Positions 23,280 through 36,840 of a stretch of 45,876 nucleotides of DNA are shown here, piece after piece. A model generated the notes under the pieces. It saw only the letters and a list, made by a program, of their open reading frames with translations. It did no database searches and had not been told where the DNA came from. Position 1 is the stretch's first letter. Each line of letters begins with the position of its first letter. A program made the translations under genes and the position numbers. The stretch comes from Bigelowiella natans CCMP2755 (Eukaryota > Protista > Cercozoa). The stretch spans positions 1 through 45,876 of the forward strand of contig ADNK01000470.1 of the NCBI GenBank assembly GCA_000320545.1. The letters are read 5' to 3'.

Positions 23280-24279
23280 CTATGGTGTTAAAGGGAGAGG
23301 ATGCAGGGTGAGTGGGGCTGTTGAGGCGAGGCGGACCGGGGGGGGGGTAGGGTACCTTCCCGTTTCATGTCTTTCCCCGTTCTGCTCTGTTCTGTTCAAT
23401 TGTGTCGAAATTAGACTTTTTTCCACCCTACAAATATCCCACAATAATCATCGACGAATCACTGTGAAACTCAAAAAAAGAGAGTATCGTTTCGGTGATT
23501 GGCACTTTGGAAAATTATTTTTCGATGTTCTTGGATCAAAATCTAAGATTCGTTGTTCTGATTCCACACAGCACTGAACGAGAAATTGCTGCCCGCACTG
23601 CTAGAGGGGGCCAGAAAGTCAGGATCGGAACGATGCGATCGATTGTAGGAACGAAAACTCGGTTGGAACGGAAACGCACGCGCGTCATGCTGCACGTCCC
23701 CGTCAATCTAGCAATCTTCGTGATGCTGAGTTCAAAGTGAAAACGCGCTCTGCGTGCCATGCTAGCATGCTGGCATGGACCACTGCACGCACACGTGCAC
23801 GCCAAGTTGGTCACTTGCACGCACGTGCTGACTTGTGAGTGGATGGCTAGACGGGGTGATGCGGTGGGGGGGTTCATCACATCGCACGATGCAACTGGAC
23901 AGCCATGCTTGCGCACATGCGTCTGCGCCTGCTAGCCTGCGTGTCGCGATCAAAGCAAAACGCAATGCTCGGCTTTTCTCATAATTCTCCTGTGCGTGCT
24001 GGCTAGCTCTGGAGCTATGAGCTGGGACATCGCAGGCCTGGCTAGCTGGCACTTGGCCGCGCACGTCAGTTCACGTGCTACAGCATGCATGCGCTGATGA
24101 TGCTCAGATTCAGTAGCGAAGCTGCACCATGGCTTGAATTTGCGTTGTGATTGATTATTTTGTTTTGCACATTGCTAGATTTTGCGATGCTGGACATCAT
24201 TTCTAGATTTCGGAAGATATCGGCATCAGCACTTCTAATTTGGTCTGATTCAAATGGGAAGCTCGCACTGAATTGTCAG

Positions 24280-24932
24280 TCATTGCATCCACGAAGGTGT
24301 CGCACGTCCAACGCCTAAGTAGGAAGGCCGAGACGGAACTGCGCTGCTGGCTGTGCCCTCACGAAGACCATACTTTCGCTCAAATGCAGCCAGCTTTTCA
24401 CGCTCTCGCTGCAGCTGAGCATCAGATGAAGTTACCAACACAATGTAATGAGAAGTTATGCACACACAAATACTCATATACAAACGATTCACGTGTGGTA
24501 CATTACACATATGTTTGCATTTAGGTTTGCGTATGTTGTTTACATGAAATCTAAAATGAGGGATTGAAAGAACGCATGAGTCAACCAGACATGAGGAAAA
24601 CTAGAAGGAAGAGTAAGCATACCGCCGTTTTTTGCTTGAATTTAGAAGCGACTTTGAGGCTTGGCTTCGCTTGCTCAACCATAGCCTGCATGTCCATACC
24701 ATGGAGCAAATATCATCAATCTTAGTACCGCCGAAGAAGATCACGGAAATTACATTCTAACAAACTTAGCGCACTAACACAACGAGCACCTCATATCGTA
24801 GTCGCGCAGCATCTTTTTCTTGTTCTTTCCTACGAGCCTAGACGTTTCAAGGAGAGGAGGATATCTCTTAGGGTTATATATTGTTCTTTTCAAAGACTTG
24901 TTTTTACATACAAATATATATTTTCTCCCTTT

Positions 24933-25000
<68 letters not shown>

Positions 25001-25494
25001 TCTTTCAAAGACGGATCTAGAAGGCGCTTCTTCAGATGTAAAACGAGCGAAGAATAGACAGAAACGATTTCAGACTCGGAACCCTTAAACAGGGCAATCC
25101 TAGCGATTTTACGTTTCTACACGGTTTAGCCGTATCGTGGGATAAATTCCACGGGAAAATATGTTTACAACAACGGAAACATTGCTCGATATATTTGGTA
25201 CCCGTTCAGCTCTTTTCTCCGCATCCATTCTGTTCCTAGCTTCAACCCTTTCGCGCAGCATCTCTCTGCGCTTCGCCTCGGCCTTCTTTATTGCCTTCTG
25301 CGCTCTCTGTTTTTGTATTCTGGTTATGATGGGGAGCGAAGCATCAGCTAATGTCCGTTGATGATAGTAGTTGATGTGCTACGGTTCTTACTCTTCATTG
25401 GCGGCAGCTTCCTCCTTCTGCTTCTTTTTCGCCATAATATCGGCCTTCCTAACCGCGTGCTCCTGAAGATAGAAGCAATAGCGTGTTGATACAG

Positions 25495-25537
<43 letters not shown>

Positions 25538-25761
25538 ACGCGTGTGTGTCTGTGTGTTTAGTGAGCACCAGCAGCACACAAATCCAACCACAATTTCTAC
25601 TCAATAGCTGCTACACACCAGACGCCGCAGTGACATTAGCAGATATAGTAACTCCGCCATTTACTATCTATGTGGACTATCAACCTGAAGAAATGCTCTC
25701 GCCTTTTTCTGCGCTCTTAGTTTGGCCTTACGTTGCTTCTCTTTGGCCTGAAATCCGTGAG

Positions 25762-25836
<75 letters not shown>

Positions 25837-28280
25837 ATATATAATTTTTATATATTTATCAATAGTAGCTTTGGGTGTGCCGTAAGACTGAACCAACTAG
25901 TTTGGCCATTCCACGAACGATCTTGAATGACTACTTTGGTACTTTGGGTCTTCAACTTTTGGAATATACCTCTTGCAGCTCCTTCTGCCGCTTTTCCTCC
26001 CTCCATGCCTTCACCGCCGCTGCCTTCTCCCTTTGGTTCTATTGACGTATACCACAAAGAAAGCACAGAGTATATAGAACACATTTGTAGTTAATAATGA
26101 GAGAAGAGAGGAGGTTGAGATCGGAATGGATACCTTGAGTCTCTGCTTCAAATCAGCTTGTTTTGCCTTCTCTTTCCGCTTGGCTGCTGCTTTCGCTCGC
26201 ATCACCGCCTTCGATGCCGCCTCCTCCCTTGCCTGTGGCATGGTTGGGGAAGTAAGTAAAGGGGAAAGACAGCTCCATTATACATAAACAGCAGCGCTAA
26301 GACGACTAAATCTGCTTCAGAAAATTTGTGTTCGACATACGAGAATCAACGATGTTTTTTTTACAAAAGCGTGATTCGCGTAGAATCAACGATGGTTTTT
26401 TTACAAAAGCGCGATTCGCGTAGTCATCTCGAAGGGCAATGCTGCACATTCATCACCAGCTTCCACTGCGCCACAATCTGCTTCTTCTCGCTGACGAGTT
26501 GGTGATAGCGGAGGGACCACGCATGGTGGGCGGATACCTGACAAATTATGGAGCTCCATCATCGCTGGGAAAAGAGCAGAAATTCAGCAATCACGCGCTT
26601 ACGGTGTATATATCCTGCATTGGTATCGAGACGGCAGCCTTTTGCAGCATAGCATTCGTGTTGTTGGGCATTTGAGCTTTGAGCTTCAGGTACAGCGTGT
26701 GATCATCTGGTCGCCACTCCCCACGTTCCCCGCCTTTGCAATCACACATCAGAATCATGGCTACGCAGCTCTAAGCAGTTATTATGTATTGGTAAAAAAA
26801 AAGGAGAGAATTGGCAGAACTTCGGAGACACTGTATTGCATTCGCTATGGCTTCGATCTACCATTTTCCTCAATCTCTGTGTCGATCTCTTGAAGTCTTC
26901 TTCTTAGCTCTGCCTCCTCCTCGCTTTCGGGGCCTTCCTGCTTCTTCTCCGGAGAGCTTTTCGCCTTACTAAAGCCCCTGTCCGTTTTGCCCCGTGAAGA
27001 TAAGGGGCGATTGGGCGTTGCAGGTACTGTATTTCTCTTGTCCCTCCCCCCCCCATGACTGTCCAGATCTAGCTGACCATTCGCCGCAGTGGCGGCGGCA
27101 GCGGCTACTGATTCTGCGCGGCTGAGAACCTCGGACAAGTATTCAGTCAGCTCCTTCTCCTCGTTCATCATTTCCGCATATGCACCGCGAGCGTTCCTAA
27201 ATGTTATTTTCATTGCAAGTAGAGCAAAGTCATTTTGATCTGAGACAAATATCCAGAAGCACGCAACGAAAACGCCGGTAGTGACCATTGCAAAAGTAAA
27301 ACGGCGGTGTGATATTACGCTTGGTTGTCCAAACACATGAGGTTCATCATGCAGGGAACCACCGTTTGAAGTCCAGGAGCGAATCCTCCACCGATTCCAT
27401 CGACTGCCTCACCTGCATTTTTTTGGTTTTCAAATTGAAGCTTAGAGCGACTTGGAAAACGACAATGCCGAATAGCGCAATGATCACAAGTCCTGTTCGA
27501 GGTGTAGATTGCATAATTAATATGATACCCGTTTTATCGTTTCTGGCTTAGTTCCGCCTTCCCCTCTAAGAATCGTCATCTCCTGCTTGAACAGCGTCAC
27601 ACCCTTTCTGGCCCGAGCAAGAGCCCTACGCAGCATTGTCGACTCCTCTTTCATCTTAGATTTATACTCCGCAGACTGAGCGAGTATGTCTTCCCAGAAC
27701 GACTTTGAAACCTCTTTCGCGTATTTCGTCCTATTTTTTGTACGTGTACGAAGGAGGGGGAGGAAAACGTCATGCGGATCATTCTCTAGGCTACAATTGG
27801 AACGCGTTGAAATCATAACCCCCACTCCCAAATGTTCAATCCTATGTTAACTGTTCCACTAAAAAATAATTGAATTGACTTCCGAATTGCGTTGCTCCAT
27901 AGATCATTCTCAAGCATCTTGCCTCGCTGACCCAGCCGCGACAGCTCTGTGGACCATTTGCGCTCGGCGGAGTTCCTGGATCCGACAACTATGATACCTT
28001 CGCTGCATCGACTCGTCGTGGCCGACGATTCAAATCTGTGAGTGTTGGTTGTTCTGGCAGCAACGGTGACCTTGACTCTTCTCTTCGCCCCACCTGTAAC
28101 ATTATGATGTAAAAGCATCACCTTACCACATAAGGACCCCGTCTGGAAGGAAGCATTCACACCTGTTGCTGGTCGCCTTGATACTACACCACGACTTCCA
28201 TTCGCAGTTTTGGTGGGCTTGGCACTGGCAGGCCTTGAGGCGCTGGGGGAAGGGGGAGCAGCCCAAGCTTCGCGCCTCAT
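24280..28280 (-). CDS. CCDC112-like coiled-coil protein (ciliary/centriolar family), multi-exon
   Basis: GERGEWRPDDHTLYLKLK (about 26680-26735), VSAHHAWSLRYHQLVSEKKQIVAQWK (about 26460-26540), E/K/R/A-rich coiled-coil exons, and a C-terminal GRATPSWMQ*. These match the layout I recall for CCDC112 (GGWxxxDH, HxxWY, RAxPxW). Confidence 0.65.
24933..24993. repeat. Compound (CA)n(TA)n microsatellite
   Basis: Directly visible. Confidence 0.95.
25497..25534. repeat. (TA)n microsatellite, intronic
   Basis: Directly visible. Confidence 0.95.
25763..25831. repeat. Compound (CA)n(TA)n microsatellite
   Basis: Directly visible. Confidence 0.95.
26342..26421. repeat. Intronic 40-bp tandem duplication
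   Basis: AGAATCAACGATG(T/G)TTTTTTTACAAAAGCG(T/C)GATTCGCGT x2. Confidence 0.9.
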
Positions 28281-29025
28281 CCGTTGTAATTGTTTTGACA
28301 GTTACGTTTTGTGATTTATAGATGATTTTCAAGGTGCGACAACAGAATTTTAGTAATTACGAGGGGAAAATGCTAGAAGAACTTTCTCGATGCACTTTTT
28401 TTTTTATGAAGTTTTTACGATCTAACGATGTAACGCTACACTGAAACTGGACAGACCACCGATAGGATGTTTCTGGCACGAATAATTTCCTATCTGTACA
28501 GCCTCAAAACCCAATACCGGAACTGAAAGGCTGGCGGTGGTTTCTCTTTTGCGACATGTTTTTACACGTAAATTTTGTTTGCTTTTGTGTCTGCGACAAC
28601 GATTTTATTTGACGCACAAAAAAAACCTGTTTCACTTCTCCAAATCGGAATTTTCGGACGTTGATCGTGACGAGCTGCCGCCCCCCAGACCGTGGTGCAG
28701 AAGTTTCATCTCGATTCACAATGCGAAGAGGATCGAGACTTTAGACAATGGGTCGGCATTTGTTTGCGCTGTAGAATAGAGCGATGTGCCTGTCATCATA
28801 ACTCACTGTTCGCAATGTTAAAAGTCTCCTTGTTCTTCCCCCTCCGACATCCAAAGAAGCACATCTTGCCATCGGAGTCTTCGCAGTAGGGGTGATTTTA
28901 TGCCTAGTATGGTGGAAATGCTGGAAGAGATTTTTCGAAAGGGTAGCGTCTGGTAGACCGCAACAGCCCATGCTGGTGATCCGCACAGACCAGGCCAAAG
29001 GAGGTTGTAATCGGAACCATGCTAA

Positions 29026-30277
29026 ATGTTGACATCTTTGCAAAAATTTACACGGCATATTTTCTTCTTAAAAGATCATGATACCGAAACTCACATGGTG
29101 GAAATGCGCTTCCTATTTCCGCACCACGTTTACGATGGAGTGAAGATTTTCTTCGATAGGAAGAATCTGACAGTAAAGACCGCGACGCGGTTGATCGAGA
29201 AAGAAATCGGGGAAATCGATGGTATTTTCGCCGAAGCGTGCGATCAGGAGCTAGCAAGGTGGTTGGACGATCCCGGAAGGCCTGCATCTGAGTACAAAGA
29301 CCTCTGTTTTGAGCTTGGAATGCATCACCTGAAGCCCCATTACAAGCTGCACTTCTTCACTCACCGCCTCAGAAGATTTCTCATCGTTAACCGCGTTTAT
29401 CCTAGTGGGATTGTCGATGAGATGAAGTGCCAACAGATGAGAAAGCGGTCTAGAGGTAGAGAGATGAAATCACACAAACGTATCGATGGATATCATTGTT
29501 GTTTCCATTTTGATCCAATTGGCACGTATGCAGGCAGCACGGTCAAAAGACGAAAGAAGCAGGGGAAAGGGAGGTACATTAGGAGAAGAGAGTATATCGA
29601 TATGTTCTAGAATAAGATAAAAAGCAACACGCTGGAGAGGCAAAAATAGATGGGGAGAGTGGGAGGGAGAGTGGGAGGGCCGAGAGAAAACTAGATGCTG
29701 ACATCACATGGATTTGTACTTGAAAATACGACTAGAAATGAGAAGCTGCTGACACAACGGCGAGGGCAAGTGTATATCAAGACATTGCAAGGCAAAACGA
29801 TTGTTCTTTATCCGTTGGGAGAGCATGAGACGATATTGCAGCTCAAATATAGACTTTGGATCCAGGTGCTTGCAATCCAATCACGGCTGCTACGAAATAC
29901 AGCCGATTTTGTGTGCGACATATTAGCCTCTATTTAAGGATTTTTCGGTTCAGAGTTAAACACCCCTGGAACGATGATCACCAAACGGCAACAACTACTG
30001 CGCTATCTAGCTATGCACGTATTTGAACGCTTTATTTATCATCCTTTGGTATGTATTGTTGTTCCAGACTGGGGATGATGTGCTGAAACAGAGGTTCCTC
30101 AAGGACGGAAGAGAATTGCCCAATCACGAAACATTAGCGGAAGCGGGCTTGGAGATTATGAAGAGCACCAATGACATGAAATCTACTGGAAATGGGGACA
30201 ATGAGAGCGATGCTGCTACTAAGAGCGTAGAAGCAGCGGCTACGATACATTATGTGTTTAAGCTTCGAGGGTCCTAA
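29026..30277 (+). CDS. Protein with a C-terminal ubiquitin-like domain; 5' end uncertain (may extend to about 28.4-28.6 kb)
   Basis: GQVYIKTLQGKTIVL...ETILQLKYRLWIQ|TGDDVLKQRFLKDGRELPNHETLAEAGL...ATIHYVFKLRGS*. A long coding-like ORF lies upstream at 29026-29610. Confidence 0.7.
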
Positions 30278-30918
30278 ATGTTCGAGAATTTTGTCATTGT
30301 TACATTGCTGCCTTATTTGGTCCCGATGAGTACATGATGCAAAAACAAGCAACATTGTGATGACATGCGCGATTCATGACCGTCGTACGACACTTGCACA
30401 CCCAGCATGCACACTACTACTTGCAGAAGCAATCGATTTTGCCACCATCCTGCTGCTGGAAGCTTGCGGATGCTGTGCCTCGCGCACAACATGTACGACA
30501 TCTAGACACATTGCATGTGTGACTGTCACACATGAAAGAGATACTCTTGTCAGATGCCAACATGTGTCACCTGCGCACTGTGAGAGACATGGCACATCAT
30601 GTGGGTATTCAACGTACACGTACAGATGGAGCAGTGGCTCCTTTCTAGTAGTTGCAAACAAGAACATGGCCTGCAGGTTCGAGTCAACGTTTACAACGAT
30701 GTAATGTGGTTGATCAACCCATAGATACAACTATTAGATGGTGTGCTCTTGATCTGCGGATCAAATCTAGTTCAGTAATGACGATGAGAAATGTATCTAG
30801 TCATTTGCACAATCTATGTATCGAGTAATTGTCCCTTGAAAATCATTGTGAAAAAATCCAGATAGCAATTTCCCATTCGACACGCATTGCACACATTGAG
30901 CCGTCCTCCTGTATGCAT

Positions 30919-32013
30919 TCATCGTGATAGAATCCCGAGGACATCTGTGAGGGTAATTATTCCGATTGGTTTGTCATCATCATCGACTATGTAAACGGCA
31001 TGCGCTCGGGCTTCAGCCATTAAGGACACCAGATAGCCGAATTCTGATGATTTCTTTGTTGTTTGTGTGCGGGATTTCACGAGCGAGATGTTGAGCAAAT
31101 CTTGATTTTTCTCGCGCCATTCGGCATGGCCGAAGTTAAGAAATAGCCCTACCGAAGCGTCCAAGAGAGCGAATTCTTCCGTATCAAGACCTCTTAGATC
31201 TGCGTTGCTGAGACTTCCAATGAGTCTGCCCTTTTTATTTGTTACGCCAATGCAACTAATCCTATTCTTGTACATAAGTTGATAGGCTTCGATGGTAGGT
31301 GTCTCCTGGATCACAGTGATAACGTGCTTCTTCTTGGGTACAAGGTCGAGTTCCTCGATGGTCTTGTGGTTCAATTCCTTCCAATCCTCCAAGTGTGTAT
31401 ACACATATCTTAGAATATCCGACTGGGTTATATAGTTCTCAATTTCTCCGTCTTTGTTGAAAAGAATCGCCCGATGGACGTTCTTGCCTTCAGTGTTGAC
31501 GAACATCCTCTGGATGAATTTCCTCAAGTCCCAACCAAGATGGGCGCTTGTTACCCCTTCGCAAACGTCGGATAGATCTGTGAGCGCTATTATGTTCTCC
31601 TTTCCAAAATCTTTACCAGCAGCTGTAAACTTCTCCCACCTGTTTGAGATTTCTTGAATCATCTGTTCAGTGTTATCGATCTTCGCTTTTCCCTGGCTAC
31701 CTTTCTCATAAGGTGGTTTCTTCAAATCCTTAATCTGTGATATTCTTCGGAGGACACTCTCAAGGATCGAGCCTGCATGAACGATACCACAGTACCCTGG
31801 TATTGGGCCTTCTTCCTTGAATTTCTCCTTGTCTGGCTTTAGGATAAGCGGGGCGCTCAAAAAGCGGCGATCTGCGAGGGCCTTCAGTGCCTCCGCGATC
31901 TTCATCGTATGCCGCAAGGTAAACACCTTCTTCTTGCAGCTCTTGATCACATCCGAGAGGGAGTGCCTCGAGGCAGGGGAGGTGGAGTCTTCTTTCGTTT
32001 CGAACATACTCAT
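30919..32013 (-). CDS. Tandem CBS-domain protein (SNF4/AMPK-gamma-like), uninterrupted ORF
   Basis: 364 aa. CBS signatures EALKALADRRFLSAP, VHRAILF...YITQSDILRY, EAYQLMYKNRISCIGV...LIGSLSNADLRG and HAVYIVDDDDKPIGIITLTDVL. Confidence 0.9.
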   Translation of the reverse strand: MSMFETKEDSTSPASRHSLSDVIKSCKKKVFTLRHTMKIAEALKALADRRFLSAPLILKPDKEKFKEEGPIPGYCGIVHAGSILESVLRRISQIKDLKKPPYEKGSQGKAKIDNTEQMIQEISNRWEKFTAAGKDFGKENIIALTDLSDVCEGVTSAHLGWDLRKFIQRMFVNTEGKNVHRAILFNKDGEIENYITQSDILRYVYTHLEDWKELNHKTIEELDLVPKKKHVITVIQETPTIEAYQLMYKNRISCIGVTNKKGRLIGSLSNADLRGLDTEEFALLDASVGLFLNFGHAEWREKNQDLLNISLVKSRTQTTKKSSEFGYLVSLMAEARAHAVYIVDDDDKPIGIITLTDVLGILSR

Positions 32014-32603
32014 GCGAGCTTTCGGTTTTTGGGTGCGGCTTCCAGAATTTCCTCAGAGCACCCGCGGCCATTGCAGGCACAGGGTACTTACACAACAACG
32101 CGCAAGGAAAATAACCAGGCATTTTCCCGATCCGCGTCATATCACAGCCCATGTCGCACATTCGCATCATCCGAGGTTTTCCCAAAAATACACCCCGCAA
32201 ATTTATTTTATTATCAGGAGAGCAATAATGTCAGGAGCAGGCACTGGCAGAACTGCATGGGTACCCTCACGATCCAAGTCGCAGGGGTAGGTACCCCCCC
32301 AGGCCAATAAAATACGCCTGAATTTCCTGAGAAATATGTCGCATAATGGTGTCGTACCTCTGAAATGTAGAGCGTTTTTTAGGAAGAAGCCGGTTATTCC
32401 GAGGAGGAGGGGGAGGAGGGAGGAGGAGGAGGGAGGAGGAGGGAGGAGGAACACAACTGAAACACCGCGACGACCGACGACCGACGACCGACGGCGACGA
32501 TAGAACACAATCTGGACTTCTTGTTGAAGCCTCCCCGACATCGCATTACACACTACATTGACTCCAAGCCACTACGGATTCACACCGCAAGCATCGACGC
32601 AAA

Positions 32604-33832
32604 ATGAGCGAAGGAAGACGAATCATTCTAGCGACTGACTTGAGCTCCTACAGGTAGCGCGTAAGATTCGAAGTATTTTCCAAGACCATAGACGTTCGAA
32701 GGACTATCATCGTAGGGATGTGCTGCCTCACAAGCAATCATTTTTATCAGCAGCGAAAGAATGCTCGAGTACATCAAGAAGAAAATCCTCAGAAAGGGAG
32801 ACAAGGTGGCACATGTTACTGTTGAATTTGGAAGTTGAGGGGAAGATAACCCAACTCGATATAATCCGATTGGCCTTGAATTACCTTTTGTTTCCAAGGT
32901 GACCATTCTCCACGTATTCAACTGGCAGAACATCTCAGGTTCAGTTGAAAAGTAGTAGCGCTCGTCAGTCAATACTTGCAAGGGGGAAAACAGTCATGTT
33001 GCTGTAGATAGCACTGATCGAACACGCTTCACCTCCATTTTGAATTTAAAATAATCCAAGTCGGGGAGGGGGGGACTAAATGGCGTCCGTGTGCATAAAT
33101 CAGACCTTCCTATGGACGATGAGGTGATGGGAATTGGAGCTGGGAAGTAAGACAGTGCCATCCATCTAACAGTAACCATTTTGCTTTCGCTCTGTGTCTC
33201 TGAAGGACCTATCGCAATTTAGCTTGGTAGCTCTGAATAATTCGGAGAAGAAAAGAGCCAGGGAGGCGATCACCAAGGGTATGGAATGTTTACTGAAGAA
33301 AGCACAGGACTCTGGTAAAATGATAGCAATGCTTAAAAATTGCAGCTCTAATCTGTTTTTATTACATCGCACTATCTATAGGCGTGGATGCTGAAAGCGT
33401 CATTATGGAAGGATATCCTCGGGTAATTTCTAATACAATCCACATCATAAAATAGTACCCAATAGCTTTCTTTCTACATCTCTCAGATTAAAATATGTGA
33501 ACTCGCCGCAAAAAAGAAAGCTGATTTTGTTGTAATGGCTAGTAGAGGTCACGCGACAAATTATTGAACCGCTGATGGAGAGAAATTCAGAGTTTTCGAC
33601 TTCACGATCACCTCTTTTGAATCAGGTATGGGAGCCCTTGGCCGCATGTTCTTAGGGTCTGTCTCAGACTAGTAAGTTCTTACAATTCCTTTTTAGTCTG
33701 GAAATTGCCAGATTTGGCTGGTTCGTTCAAATGCCTAATTTACACAATATTCCATTGCACAGCTGCATTCACAACTGCACGTCATCTATTCTCCTCGTAA
33801 AGGACAAGGAAATCACCAATGAGAATGCATAA
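32604..33832 (+). CDS. Universal stress protein (UspA family), multi-exon
   Basis: Spliced: MSEGRRIILATDLSSYS...VTILHV...VIMEGYPRIKICELAAKKKADFVVMASRGMGALGRMFLGSVSDYCIHNCTSSILLVK. Confidence 0.92.
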
Positions 33833-34449
33833 ATTTCTTCCTTGCAACCTGCTTCATCGAAGGAAGGCTTTATTTAGTACTGAAGTTACGATGAACATGC
33901 AATTGGCTATGCTCCTGTGTTCATTACACGCTACAATGCCTATTGTGAGCAGTGATGTTGACACAGCACTTGCGTGACTATGCACATCATTGCCGTCTGC
34001 ATGTAGCGCTTTGTCGCATCATAGATAGCTAGAGCTAGATAGCGCAATGCGGTAAAGTTCAATGAAGTCTAGCGATGTGTGTTGTGCTAGCTCGCCAGCC
34101 ATGGTCGTAGTCGGCACACAGATCTAGAAGATCTTGGTGTAGCATGCACATCCTACTAGACTAACATGACATGCTAGCATGCTTGTGCTCTTCGCGTCAC
34201 CGCATCTACGCACGCTAGTACGCGCTAGCTAGGCATCCGCAATGAACTGCTCGATCACTCCGCCACAACTGATCGATCGACAACGTCTAGCTCTAGAACA
34301 AGCTCTAGAACGTGCAGTCATGCTAGCGCATGCTACTAGCATGTGCAGAGCTAGAGAGTGCACTAGTCGATAACAACATCTTGACATCGCAGAACTCAAA
34401 ATTCGTCACGCAACAACTGCATGCATCTACTTCCATGGGGGCTTCGTCG

Positions 34450-35286
34450 CTATTCGAAATCATCTGCACTTCCTTTGCTGCTGCCCCCAAGAGATTGGTC
34501 ATCACTGTTCTCATTATCATCGCCCTTGCTTTCTCCGTCCTCGTCTGTACACAATTATGCAGAAATAAAATTTGGAGCTAACTGGTAGGGCAAACAGCCT
34601 TAATCTTTACCACCTTCATCTTCCTCCTCCTCCTCCTCATCTTCATCGTCATCATCGTATGCCCCATCCGCACTGTCAGCCTCATTCACATCCTCGTCGA
34701 TTTCGTCCTCGTCCATCTCATCTCCCTGTCCGCCGTCGTCGCCGTCATCATCGGAATCCAATACGATCACACCTTTACGTGTGGCAGCTCTTGGCCCCTT
34801 CACCGATGCAGCCCTACCACCTAATTCTAATGGAGAAGAAACACTAAGTTTAGTCTGAAACACAGTCTGATCCCAAATGCAAAACTGTAGGCGGTGGCTC
34901 GCATACCTGGGCCACGAACAGCTTGCAGAGACGACCGAACCGGCCTTTCACCCCCCTCCTATTTGAAACGTCAACAACGAGGAGTTCGTCAGTCCATAGT
35001 GGTAAGCAGACACGCATGGCACGCAGAACAGATTAAATCCATCGTGCGCTCTCCGTCATGTTGCTCCGCACCTCCTCTCCATATTGGGCAGCATAGATGG
35101 CGGCTTGGGTATCAGGGTCATATCCGCTCATGAAGTCGTCGTCGTAGTCATCATTCTCCTCGCCTTCGTCGTCGTCGTCGTCGTCATCATCATAACCTCC
35201 TAGCCGCTGGGAGTGATGAAGAAACAGTGTGTCATTGGTGTGACAGCAGAGGGATATGTGGGGATGGATGTCGTTTTATTTGTGCA

Positions 35287-35332
<46 letters not shown>

Positions 35333-35747
35333 TATCCATTATCACTTGGGTTTTCTTCCTTGCTCGGGTACTCCTCCTGACGAATTTGGAGGACGAGGCT
35401 TCCTCATCGTCGTCGTCGTCGTCAGCGCTCGAGTCGTCGTAACCGCCGTCCCGAGTGCGCTTCTTCTTCTTGAGGCGTTCTTGGTAGAACTTATTGCGCC
35501 TTTCCTGGGCATCCTGAGCTGATATTTCGATTCCCTTCTTCTCTGCGGTTGAGGAGACCACCGGCGGGTCGTCGCACATCGCGCTCACCGCGTCGGCCTG
35601 CTGCGTGTCCTCCATCGGCATCTCTCTCCCTAGTGTTACGTGAGCATCATGCGTGGGGTGTGAAGTCGAGGGAGCGATGAGTTGGAAACACTCATGTAGA
35701 TGAGTAGGAAAGCGATGAGTAGGAAACACTCATGTTGATGCATATAT

Positions 35748-35785
<38 letters not shown>

Positions 35786-36367
35786 ATTAGAGGGAACAGG
35801 GGAGAAACAACCCACGCCCGAGGACATCGGTTGCAATTCAAGGCGAAAGAAAGCGGTACCGGGAAAGGGGGTGCGTTCTCTGTCTATCTATCCACACTAA
35901 AAATAAAAAGATAATTATTCTACCGAATCCTATGAATCACCTCTAACTTCGCAGCTGAACGCGAAGGAAACGTAGTTTTCTTCCTTTCCAACGCTTTGAA
36001 AAGCCTCGCGGAAGAGCGGATCAGGGAGGCTCGATGTGGAGCCATGGTGGCCCCAGTTGATCAAGTCCTTTCATCATCATTCCCAACCAAAATCAGGTTT
36101 ATGTTTCCTTCTTGATTGACTATTTAATTATCAGCTCAAGCAATCGCCCCTACCTCCTCTTTCGGGTGGCCTCGCTGCCCGAGGAGGCATTTGTCCACAG
36201 GATGGTGAAGAATGTCTTCCCCTTCATCTTTCCCTTCATTCCTCTTTATCTTTTGCAGGCATTGACAATCGAGCGTTTCGTGCGTATCCGATGGAGATTC
36301 ACTCAACTCAAAAAGTCTCCTGTGGTGTTAGTTTCGAGTGTTATTCTAGTTATCATATATTTATATA

Positions 36368-36405
<38 letters not shown>

Positions 36406-36786
36406 CATTGATGATATATATTTACTATATGGCATTCTTCGCAAATAACCTAAGGTTTGCCATACTAACAAGCGCATCCGTAGCAGCACCGCCAAGAACG
36501 TTCTGAAGCCCCTCCTTGGAGAGCTGTCTCTGGTACACCTATCGTCGTCGCCGAGTAGAGAAAAACGAATACAACAACTTGAGTACGTCGTGGAAAAGGA
36601 AAGCATCATACGGAAGGAAGAGACGCGAGTAGAATTGTAGACCTTCTCTTCTATAGTTCCGGATGTAAGGAATCTGTAGACGAAGCACCGTTTCGTCTGT
36701 CCATCTCTATTGGCATATCAGGAGGGAGGGGGGGGGGGGGGGGGGGGTGATGAAAGGAGTGAGAGGGATCGAGAGCAAACAAATAT

Positions 36787-36840
<54 letters not shown>

